Shown here piece after piece: positions 37,379 through 45,447 of a stretch of DNA of 50,294 nt (the stretch's first letter is position 1; each line of letters opens with the position of its first letter). Origin of the DNA: Candidatus Omnitrophota bacterium. Lineage in GTDB: Bacteria > Omnitrophota > Gorgyraeia > Zapsychrales > Fredricksoniimonadaceae. Made by a program: the position numbers and the translations under genes. The stretch is from assembly GCA_037131245.1 (NCBI GenBank), contig JBAXRK010000006.1, positions 1 through 50,294 on the forward strand, written 5' to 3'. Under the pieces are notes generated by a model, which worked only from the letters and a program-made list of their open reading frames with translations, made no database searches and was not told the DNA's origin.

Positions 37379-38555
37379 AAGGACACTTTAACACAAAACA
37401 GCTTGTTGCGTTCTTTGGAGTGCGGCACTCTTTAAGGCATTCGCCGCAAAGGATGCATTCCGTCATATCCACCGTCCATAAACCTGCTGGAGTTTTTTCG
37501 ATGGCTTGTGTCGGGCATTTTGCCGCGCAAAGCCCGCAGCTGCTGCATTCTTTAGAGGGGGCCGGTTTGAAGAGGCTCCAGCGGGCAACGAGCCCAGTTA
37601 ATGCGCCAACGGGGCAAAGATAAAGGCACCAGAAACGGAAATAAAAAAGGCTTATGACGAGGATTAGCCCCAGCAGGCACCAGGCGAGGCATGTGCCGTG
37701 AAGGGTGAAGAGCGTGATAAAGGGCTCAATATTCGCTGGCGCGGCATTGCCGACAGTCAGGCACAGGCCGATAAGGATGATGGCGATCAGGTATTTGACG
37801 GTTTTTGCTGTCCTTATTTGCTCTGGCGGGATGGCCTTCGGAAGGAGCCTCTTGGGGAGTGTGATCGCCAGGAGTTCCTGGACCAATGCCAGAGGGCATA
37901 AGCTTCCGCAATAGATCCTTCCTATAAACAAAGCCGGGATGAAGCCGATGATCAGGCAAATCAGCCACAGGATATTGATGTCAAGCCCGGGCGTATGGAG
38001 CGTGGCGGCATTGATGACCTGGATGATCGATAGCATGGAGCGTTCGATCAGGCCGAAATATATAAATCCGCCGAGCATGGCCAGCCAGCGCAGGGCGGTG
38101 TTTTTGAGAAGCAGCGCCGCGAGCGCCAGGGACAGCAGCAGAAAAGCAGGGATCGCCGGGAGTAGCGAGACCGGTTCGGATGCTGTTGATGGCGTAGGGC
38201 GTAAACGTTCACGCACGGCCCTCGTTATTCCCGCGCTGGTGATGGTCGCGCGGGTAATGCCGTCAATATCTTCTCCGAGGGTCAAGGCGCTGCCGGGGCC
38301 TTTGCCGATGAACTGGCCAAGGAAAGTCCCCAGGTCACCGATATAAGAGGGGGTTTCATTATGCGCCAATACCCGGAGGCTTGTGATATGCTGTTCCTGA
38401 TCCGTGGTCAGGATAATGGCGATCGTTCCGCCGTAACCCCTGGCCCGGAGGGCGTCTTTGTTAAAGGTTCCGGTAGAGGCTTCGCGCTTAAGCGAAATGC
38501 CCAGGCATAAGGCCAGCAAGGTGATCGACAGCAGGGTCACGTATCGGTAACGCAT
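37365..38555 (-). CDS. FMN-binding + polyferredoxin membrane protein (NosR/NirI/YccM-like)
   Basis: GYGGTI...HNETPSY...DGITRATITS FMN_bind domain; GRIYCGSLCP and RFWCLYLCP; two CxxCxxCxxxC motifs. Confidence 0.85.
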   Translation of the reverse strand: MRYRYVTLLSITLLALCLGISLKREASTGTFNKDALRARGYGGTIAIILTTDQEQHITSLRVLAHNETPSYIGDLGTFLGQFIGKGPGSALTLGEDIDGITRATITSAGITRAVRERLRPTPSTASEPVSLLPAIPAFLLLSLALAALLLKNTALRWLAMLGGFIYFGLIERSMLSIIQVINAATLHTPGLDINILWLICLIIGFIPALFIGRIYCGSLCPLALVQELLAITLPKRLLPKAIPPEQIRTAKTVKYLIAIILIGLCLTVGNAAPANIEPFITLFTLHGTCLAWCLLGLILVISLFYFRFWCLYLCPVGALTGLVARWSLFKPAPSKECSSCGLCAAKCPTQAIEKTPAGLWTVDMTECILCGECLKECRTPKNATSCFVLKCPYGNQ

Positions 38556-38571
38556 GGGCTTATTTTAGCAT

Positions 38572-38590
38572 ATCGAGAAAGTTTCTCGAT
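38572..38590. promoter_or_regulatory. Perfect palindrome, candidate operator
   Basis: ATCGAGAAA-G-TTTCTCGAT; the half-site ATCGAGAAA recurs at 38665-38673. Confidence 0.55.
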
Positions 38591-38624
38591 TCTCCGACGG
38601 GAATAAAAAGGATGAATAATTATC

Positions 38625-38653
38625 TTGCCAACGCATTGCTGCGTTCCTATAAT
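38625..38653 (+). promoter_or_regulatory. sigma70-type promoter of the hydrogenase operon
   Basis: TTGCCA-N17-TATAAT. Confidence 0.7.
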
Positions 38654-38727
38654 CGATTCTCTCAATCGAGAAATCATTCATCATTAACGTTCGTGTGTTC
38701 GGGGCTCTATATTGAAAGAGGATCGGT

Positions 38728-39210
38728 ATGGTCGTTGATACGATAGACGAAGATGTCAAGAAGGTAGTGGAGCGCTGGAAGGATAAACGGGGCAACCTGA
38801 TCATGGTCTTGCACGATGTCCAGGATCATTACGGGTTTGTGCCACGCGCAGCCGCGCTGGAGGTATCGCGCCAGCTCGATGTGCCGCTGGCCCGCATTTA
38901 TGAAGTGCTGACGTTTTACAATTTTTTTAAGCTTCAGGCGCCGGGTAAGTTCAATATTTCAGTTTGCCTTGGTACGGCTTGTTATTTGAAGGGCGCGACG
39001 GCTTTGATCGACGAGATCCGGCACCTGCTGCATGTTGAGGAAGGCCATACGACCAAGGATGGTCTTTTTCATTTGCAGATCGTGCGTTGCCTGGGGTGCT
39101 GCGGGTTGGCGCCGGTCATCACGGTGGAAGGGAAAGTTTATAGCGCGGTCAAAAGAAGCGACGTGGTCGGTATCATTGCGGAACATTCAAATCAGAAGGC
39201 CGAGGTCTAA
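38728..39210 (+). CDS. hydC: [FeFe]-hydrogenase NuoE-like subunit (HydC/HndA)
   Basis: TFYNFF, VCLGTACYLKG and RCLGCCGLAP [2Fe-2S] motif. Confidence 0.92.
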   Translation: MVVDTIDEDVKKVVERWKDKRGNLIMVLHDVQDHYGFVPRAAALEVSRQLDVPLARIYEVLTFYNFFKLQAPGKFNISVCLGTACYLKGATALIDEIRHLLHVEEGHTTKDGLFHLQIVRCLGCCGLAPVITVEGKVYSAVKRSDVVGIIAEHSNQKAEV

Positions 39211-39212
39211 AT

Positions 39213-39554
39213 ATGGGCATCACACAACAGGATCTTCTTCAATTGAAGGAAAAATCCCTCAAGGATGCGCCGAAGAACTGGATACGCGTTGGATACAGTA
39301 CTTGCGGCGTCGCGGCGGGAGCGGACGTGGTTTATAAGGTCCTGGCGGAGGAAGTGGCGGCCAGGGGTCTTTCCGTAGAAGTCAAGAAATGCGGGTGTGT
39401 GGGGCTTTGCTCAGCTGAGCCGCTCGTTGAGGTCAATGTTGAGGGGGCGCCTCATGTTTTTTACGGCAAGGTTAACAAGGAAGTCGCCCACAAGATCATG
39501 GAAGAGCATGTCTGCCAGAAGAAGCTGGTGGAAAATCATATTTTTGAAATGTAG
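39213..39554 (+). CDS. Thioredoxin-like [2Fe-2S] ferredoxin subunit (HydD/HndB)
   Basis: VGYSTCGVAAGA...CGCVGLCSAEPLVEV. Confidence 0.88.
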   Translation: MGITQQDLLQLKEKSLKDAPKNWIRVGYSTCGVAAGADVVYKVLAEEVAARGLSVEVKKCGCVGLCSAEPLVEVNVEGAPHVFYGKVNKEVAHKIMEEHVCQKKLVENHIFEM

Positions 39555-39572
39555 TCTTAACGAAAGAATGAT

Positions 39573-41306
39573 ATGAAACAGATCTTGATCCAGGATACGA
39601 ACGGAAACCTGCGCAAGGAGTTGAGGGATTTTCACATCGCGCTGACCAGCCAGTTGCGTGAGCGCGGCCTGTCAGAGGCGGCACAGGTACTGACGGTGGC
39701 TGATATCGGTATTTATCAAAAAGGCATTGTCGCCAAGATCCTTCCTGAAGGGTTCATCTATGGTTCCCTTCAGATCAAAGATATCGCCGAGATCATCGAG
39801 AAGACGGTTCAGAAGGGCGAGAAGGTCCAGGCGCTGGCTATTGACCGGAAAAACAAGCAGATGCGGATCGTTTTGCGTAATTGCGGCCGTATTAACCCCG
39901 AGAGTTTTGAGGATTACGCGGGTTGCGATGGCTATCAGGGGCTGGCGAAGGCTCTTGAAATGGGCCCCGAGAAGGTGATCGAGGAAATGAAGAAGGCCGG
40001 TTTGCGCGGGCGCGGCGGCGCGGGGTTTCCCACCTGGATGAAATGGAACATCACTCGTGGAGTGGCGGGAGCGGTCAAATATATTATTTGCAACGGCGAT
40101 GAGGGCGATCCGGGTGCGTATATGGACCGTTCGGTGCTGGAAGGTGATCCTCATTCCGTTATCGAGGGGCTCATGATCGGCGGGCTCGCGATCGGGGCCA
40201 ATCAGGGCTTCTTCTACATAAGGGCGGAGTATCCGTTGGCCATTGAGCGTATCCAGAAAGCTCTTAATGAGTGTTATGTCCGGGGGATCCTGGGAAAGAA
40301 CATCCTGGGGAGTAATTTTAATTTTGATATCGAGATCCGCTTGGGTGCCGGAGCTTTCGTGTGCGGCGAAGAGACGGCCCTTATCGCTTCCGTTGAAGGC
40401 TTGCGGGGATATCCGCGGCCGCGCCCTCCGTTCCCGTCGGTTAAAGGCCTGTGGGGTAACCCGACGGCCATTAATAACGTAGAGACACTGGCCAGCGTGC
40501 CGTATATTTTTCTGCACGGCGGAGAGGCTTTCGGGAAGATCGGCGTTGAGGGTTCCACCGGAACCAAAGTGTTCGCGCTCACCGGCAAGGTCCGCAATTC
40601 CGGCCTGGTTGAGGTCCCGATGGGGATCACCTTGCGTGAAGTCGTCTTTGATATTGGCGGCGGTGTTTTGAATAATCAGAGCATCAAGGCCATCCAGACC
40701 GGCGGGCCATCAGGCGGCGTTATTCCGGAGCAGTTCTTTGATACGCCTATTGGTTACGAAAGCTTGCAGAAGCTGGGGTCCATCATGGGGTCCGGCGGGA
40801 TGATCGTGCTCGATGTGAACGATTGCATGGTCGATATTTCAAAATTCTATCTTGGGTTCTGCGTTGATGAGTCGTGCGGGAAGTGCGCGCCTTGCCGGAT
40901 CGGCGGCACCCAGATGCTTGAGATCCTTAAGAGGATATCCGAGGGTAAGGGCGTGGACGATGACCTCAAGAAGCTTAATGAGATCGCCATGGCTATGCAG
41001 AAGGCGTCTTTGTGCGGGTTGGGGCAGACGGCGCCGAACCCGGTGCTTTCCACCTTGAAGTATTTTGAGGCGGAGTATAAGGCTCATGTGGTCGACCGGA
41101 AGTGCCCGGCCGGCAAGTGCGCCAGTTTAACATCGTATTCCATTACGAAAGAAAAATGTACTGCCTGCGGCATGTGCGCGCGGGTGTGTCCGGCGGATGC
41201 CATCACCGGAAACCGGGCGGATAAATATGTGATCAACGCTGAGAAATGCATTAGCTGCGGCCAGTGTTACGAGGTGTGCAAGTTCGCCTCGGTTCTTCGT
41301 CAATAA
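39573..41306 (+). CDS. hydB: [FeFe]-hydrogenase NuoF-like diaphorase subunit (HydB/HndC)
   Basis: GLRGRGGAGFPT, NGDEGDPGAYMDRS, GAGAFVCGEET, GGPSGG, ESCGKCAPCRIG and a C-terminal 2x[4Fe-4S] domain. Confidence 0.95.
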   Translation: MKQILIQDTNGNLRKELRDFHIALTSQLRERGLSEAAQVLTVADIGIYQKGIVAKILPEGFIYGSLQIKDIAEIIEKTVQKGEKVQALAIDRKNKQMRIVLRNCGRINPESFEDYAGCDGYQGLAKALEMGPEKVIEEMKKAGLRGRGGAGFPTWMKWNITRGVAGAVKYIICNGDEGDPGAYMDRSVLEGDPHSVIEGLMIGGLAIGANQGFFYIRAEYPLAIERIQKALNECYVRGILGKNILGSNFNFDIEIRLGAGAFVCGEETALIASVEGLRGYPRPRPPFPSVKGLWGNPTAINNVETLASVPYIFLHGGEAFGKIGVEGSTGTKVFALTGKVRNSGLVEVPMGITLREVVFDIGGGVLNNQSIKAIQTGGPSGGVIPEQFFDTPIGYESLQKLGSIMGSGGMIVLDVNDCMVDISKFYLGFCVDESCGKCAPCRIGGTQMLEILKRISEGKGVDDDLKKLNEIAMAMQKASLCGLGQTAPNPVLSTLKYFEAEYKAHVVDRKCPAGKCASLTSYSITKEKCTACGMCARVCPADAITGNRADKYVINAEKCISCGQCYEVCKFASVLRQ

Positions 41307-41316
41307 GGAGCTTTGT

Positions 41317-43077
41317 ATGCCAACGGTTACCATGATAAAAGCGGTCATTAACGGGATCCCGGTCGAAGTGGAGCAGGGCGCTTCCATCCTTGACGCCGCG
41401 CGTAAGGTCCAGGTCAATATCCCGACTCTTTGCAAGCACGCCGACCTGACGGCGTCCGCCGGTTGCGGGATATGTATCGTCAAGATCAAGAACAGCCGTA
41501 AAATGTTGCGCGCCTGCTGTACGCCGCTCGAGAATAACATGGAGATCATCACGCATGATCCCGAGATCGTGCAGACCCGGCGTACGGTCCTGGAGCTTAT
41601 TCTTTCTAATCATCCTAAAGATTGCCTGATCTGCGGCCGTAATAACGATTGCGAGTTGCAGAAGATCTCATCCGAGTTTGGTATCCGCCAGGACCGTTTT
41701 GACCAGATCCTGCCCGAGATCCCGGTTGATAAATCGACGGGGACGATCATTCTGGAGCCGCGCAAGTGTATTAAATGCGGTCGCTGCGTTGACGTTTGCC
41801 AGAACAAGCAGGATGTGTGGGCGCTTTCATTTATTGAGAGAGGGTTTAAGACCCGCATTTCACCGGCCGGAGATATCAAGCTGGCGGATTCGCCGTGTGT
41901 CCGCTGCGGCCAGTGCTCGGCTCATTGCCCGACCGGAGCGATCACTGAGAATGATGAAACGCAGAAGGTATGGGATCTTTTGCAGGACCCGGATAAGCAT
42001 TGTGTCGTCCAGATAGCGCCGGCTGTTCGTGTGGCGGTTGGGGAAGGGTTTGGTTATCCGGTCGGGACTAATCTTACCAAGAAGCTTTATGCCATGTTGC
42101 GCCGGCTGGGTTTCAAAGTGGTTTTTGATACCAATTTCGGCGCTGATCTGACTATTCTTGAAGAAGCCGGTGAGTTCGTGGAACGTTTTGCCCATAAGAA
42201 GGGGCCGTTGCCGCTGATCACCAGCTGTTGCCCGGCGTGGGTCGATTATCTTGAGAAATATTACGGGGATATGATCGGGCTCTTCTCATCGGCCAAGAGT
42301 CCTCATGAAATGGTGGGGGCGCTCACCAAGACTTATTATGCGCAAAAGAAGAATATTGATCCGGCCAAGATCAAGGTGATCTCGATCATGCCGTGTACGG
42401 CCAAGAAGTATGAGATCTCGCGCACGACTGACATGTCAGCGTCTGGATTTCAGGATGTGGATGTATCGCTGACCACCCGCGAACTGATCCGCATGATCAA
42501 GCAGGCCGGCGTGGATTTTAACAATCTACCCGATGAAGATGCCGATCTGATGCTGGGTGATTATGCTGGTGCCGGGACGATCTTCGGGGCCACGGGCGGC
42601 GTCATGGAGGCCGCGTTGCGTACGGCTTATTTCAATGTGACGGGGGAGAATCTCAAGAACGTCAATTTCACCGCTGTCCGTGGGCTTAAGGGTGTTAAAG
42701 AGACCACGATCGATGTTAAAGGAATGCCGGTCAAGATCGCGGTGGCGCATGGCCTGGCCAATGTGAAGTTTGTCATGGACAAAGTGCAGGATGCTATCAA
42801 GAATAATCAGCCGGTCCCGTATCATTTTATTGAAGTCATGGCCTGCCCGGGTGGTTGTGTGGGCGGCGGCGGCCAGCCGTATATGGTTACCGACGAGATC
42901 CGCAAGCAGCGGGCTAAAGGTCTTTATGATGAAGATGCGGCGTCCAAGATCCGTTGTTCGCATCAGAACTTTCATGTGCAGCAGCTTTATAAAGAGTTCC
43001 TGGAGAAGCCGTTGTCGCATAAAGCGCATGAATTATTGCATACGCATTATAAAGCCCGCCCCTTGTATGTGAAATAA
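41317..43077 (+). CDS. hydA: [FeFe]-hydrogenase catalytic subunit, group A3 (HydA/HndD)
   Basis: H-cluster motifs TSCCPAW, MPCTAKKYE and EVMACPGGCVGGGGQP; N-terminal [2Fe-2S], HxxxCxxCxxxxxC and 2x[4Fe-4S]. Confidence 0.97.
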   Translation: MPTVTMIKAVINGIPVEVEQGASILDAARKVQVNIPTLCKHADLTASAGCGICIVKIKNSRKMLRACCTPLENNMEIITHDPEIVQTRRTVLELILSNHPKDCLICGRNNDCELQKISSEFGIRQDRFDQILPEIPVDKSTGTIILEPRKCIKCGRCVDVCQNKQDVWALSFIERGFKTRISPAGDIKLADSPCVRCGQCSAHCPTGAITENDETQKVWDLLQDPDKHCVVQIAPAVRVAVGEGFGYPVGTNLTKKLYAMLRRLGFKVVFDTNFGADLTILEEAGEFVERFAHKKGPLPLITSCCPAWVDYLEKYYGDMIGLFSSAKSPHEMVGALTKTYYAQKKNIDPAKIKVISIMPCTAKKYEISRTTDMSASGFQDVDVSLTTRELIRMIKQAGVDFNNLPDEDADLMLGDYAGAGTIFGATGGVMEAALRTAYFNVTGENLKNVNFTAVRGLKGVKETTIDVKGMPVKIAVAHGLANVKFVMDKVQDAIKNNQPVPYHFIEVMACPGGCVGGGGQPYMVTDEIRKQRAKGLYDEDAASKIRCSHQNFHVQQLYKEFLEKPLSHKAHELLHTHYKARPLYVK

Positions 43078-43091
43078 AGGGGTGTAAGATA

Positions 43092-43191
43092 CTGTGTAGT
43101 CCTGAAGCCTGGGCGAAAAGCCTGAAGCCAGGGGCAAAATCGGGAGCAGCTTCGAGTCCCCGTTCTGCCTATGGCAAAACGGGGATTTTTT
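43092..43191 (+). promoter_or_regulatory. Structured leader with terminator/RBS-sequestering hairpin (candidate riboswitch or attenuator)
   Basis: Nested stems and a repeated CCTGAAGCC, then GTCCCCGTT..AACGGGGAT followed by a T-run directly before ATG 43192. Confidence 0.5.
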
Positions 43192-43440
43192 ATGGAAAAA
43201 AGATTGGGGTTTGTAGGCATTATTATCGAGGATCGTAAAAAGTCCGCGCCGCAGGTCAACAAGATCCTCTCCGATTATGGTGATGAGATCCTCGCCAGGG
43301 TCGGATTGCCCCATCATCAGCGCCATTGCCACGTGATCACCCTGACGGTAGAAATGACATCCGACCAGATCGGCGGCTTGACGGGCAAGTTGGGAGCGAT
43401 CGAAGGCGTGATGGTTAAATCGGCATTGGGAAAGGTCTGA
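43192..43440 (+). CDS. TM1266 family iron-only hydrogenase system regulator
   Basis: MEKRLGFVGIIIE...VNKILS...ILARVGLP...LTGKLGAIEGVMVKS. Confidence 0.9.
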   Translation: MEKRLGFVGIIIEDRKKSAPQVNKILSDYGDEILARVGLPHHQRHCHVITLTVEMTSDQIGGLTGKLGAIEGVMVKSALGKV

Positions 43441-43442
43441 GC

Positions 43443-44846
43443 ATGGATCATCGGATCGAAAAAGACGCATTAGGCGAGACAAAAGTTCCGGCGGATGTTT
43501 ATTGGGGCACCCATACGCAGCGGGCGTTGGAAAACTTCACGTTCGGCGGAGCTAAGGTCCGGTTGACATTGATCCATGCTTTGGCCATGGTGAAAAAATC
43601 CGCGGCGATGGCAAACCGCGAATTGGGGGCTTTGCCCGGGGATATCGCGGGGGCGATCATCACGGCCTGCGATGAGATCCGGGATGGAAAATTCGATACG
43701 CAGTTTCCGGTAGATGCGCTGCAGGGCGGCGCCGGAACGTCGACAAACATGAACCTGAACGAAGTCATCGCCAATCGCGCCGGTGAATTACTGGGGGGCC
43801 GCAAGGGCGAATACGATCTTGTTCATCCTCTTGACCATGTTAACAGGCATCAGTCGACGAATGATGTTTATCCGACAGCCTTGAAATGTGCGGCCATTGC
43901 CGGTATCCGCTCGCTGGCGGATGCGGCGGCGCTATTGCAGGGATCTTTGCAGCGCAAGGAAAAAGAATTTTCCCATATCATCAAGGTTGGCCGTACCGAG
44001 ATGCAGGAAGCGGTCCCCATGACACTTGGTTCGGAGTTCTCTGCTTGGGCCGAGGCGCTCTCGCGTGATCGCTGGCGCACCTTTAAATGCGAAGAGCGGT
44101 TGCGGGTGGTCAATCTGGGCGGCACAGCCATCGGCACCGGGATCGGCGCTCCGAGGGATTATATTTTCAGGGTTATTGAATGTTTGCGTGATATTTCAGG
44201 CATCGGATTGTCCCGGGGAGAGAACGTGGCCGGGGAGACCGCTAACGCCGACGCCTATGTGGAGGTTTCCGGTATCCTCAAGGCGCACGCGGTTAATCTA
44301 GCGAAGATATCCAATGACCTGCGGTTGTTGAATTTTCTCGGTGAGATCATTCTGCCGGCTTGTCAGCCGGGGTCTTCGATCATGCCGGGCAAGGTTAACC
44401 CGGTCATTCCGGAAGCGATCACGCAGGCGGCCCTCAAGGTTATGGCGAATGATCTGTTGGTCGCGGAAGCGGCTTCCCGCAGCGCCTTGCAGATCAATGA
44501 ATTCATGCCGCTACTGGCTCAGGCTTTGCTTGAATCCATCGAGCTTTTGACGGCGTCTGACCGGATGCTGGCGTTACATATTGATGGTGTGAAAGCGGAT
44601 GAGGCCCGCTGCCGGTATTTTGTGGAACACAGCCGTATGGTCGTGACCGCCCTGGTCCCTCTTTTGGGTTATGACCGGGCGGGGGCTCTGCTTAAGGAAT
44701 TCGACGCTTCTGGACGTGACGACCTGAGGGTTTTTCTTGAGGAACGGGTCGATCGGGCGATCGTGGCCAGGGCGCTTAGCCCGGAAGGATTGATGGCGCT
44801 GGGGCACCGGAGGGTGGAAGATGGGAAAAATGAAAAAAGATCCTGA
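43443..44846 (+). CDS. aspA: Aspartate ammonia-lyase (fumarase/aspartase family)
   Basis: RIEKDALG, QGGAGTSTNMN, QSTNDVYPT and GSSIMPGKVNP; context among hyd maturases. Confidence 0.9.
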   Translation: MDHRIEKDALGETKVPADVYWGTHTQRALENFTFGGAKVRLTLIHALAMVKKSAAMANRELGALPGDIAGAIITACDEIRDGKFDTQFPVDALQGGAGTSTNMNLNEVIANRAGELLGGRKGEYDLVHPLDHVNRHQSTNDVYPTALKCAAIAGIRSLADAAALLQGSLQRKEKEFSHIIKVGRTEMQEAVPMTLGSEFSAWAEALSRDRWRTFKCEERLRVVNLGGTAIGTGIGAPRDYIFRVIECLRDISGIGLSRGENVAGETANADAYVEVSGILKAHAVNLAKISNDLRLLNFLGEIILPACQPGSSIMPGKVNPVIPEAITQAALKVMANDLLVAEAASRSALQINEFMPLLAQALLESIELLTASDRMLALHIDGVKADEARCRYFVEHSRMVVTALVPLLGYDRAGALLKEFDASGRDDLRVFLEERVDRAIVARALSPEGLMALGHRRVEDGKNEKRS

Positions 44847-45447
44847 TCCAGGGGTTATCCTCGGATGGGCGGCGGTCTTGGTCTTGCTGGTTGATATTCT
44901 TGTGAATTTTGGAGATTGGACCGAGCTGCTCTGGTTTTGTACGATCACCACCGCTTTGTTGGCGTATGCACTTTTCCGGAAGAATGCCCTGGTCATGACC
45001 CTCTGCCTGATCATGTCAGTGCCTGCCCAGATCTTATGGGTCGTGGATTTTTTCCTGTATATGGCGGGGCATGGGATGGGGCGCACGGAACTCCTGGCTC
45101 ATTGCGGCCCGTTGATATTTTGGGGTTCCCTCGTGATCCATACGTTTGTGATCCCGGTCTCTTTCTGGGGCGTGCGCCGCTTGGGGTTTCATCCGCGGGC
45201 GTTGGGCTGGGCGGTCCTGTACGGCGCGGCGATCCTTCTGGCGAGTTATTACACGACCCCGCCGTTTAAGAACGTTAATTGTGTCTTTTTCAGCTGCGAC
45301 GGGTTGGACCCCGGTGGCGGGTATTGGGCGCATTTCTGGGTTGAAACGTTCTTTCAGTCGCTTGGCGTTGCCGTAGTGTCGTTTTTCATATTTCGCTTTC
45401 TTTTCAGGGGCGGCCTGGTTAAGGAGGTCCATGCAGAGCACGCCTAA
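44821..45447 (+). CDS. Hypothetical integral membrane protein (possibly YwaF/TP0381-like)
   Basis: About six TM helices; LLWFC, H and NVNCVF motifs; GGAGG RBS; overlaps both neighbours. Confidence 0.65.
   Translation: MGKMKKDPDPGVILGWAAVLVLLVDILVNFGDWTELLWFCTITTALLAYALFRKNALVMTLCLIMSVPAQILWVVDFFLYMAGHGMGRTELLAHCGPLIFWGSLVIHTFVIPVSFWGVRRLGFHPRALGWAVLYGAAILLASYYTTPPFKNVNCVFFSCDGLDPGGGYWAHFWVETFFQSLGVAVVSFFIFRFLFRGGLVKEVHAEHA

Noticed and set aside
39672-40517. 281-aa minus-strand ORF
   Set aside because: Antisense to hydB.
43443-44846. aspA within the hydrogenase maturation operon as a novelty
   Set aside because: Association of aspA and TM1266 with hydEFG clusters is already known.
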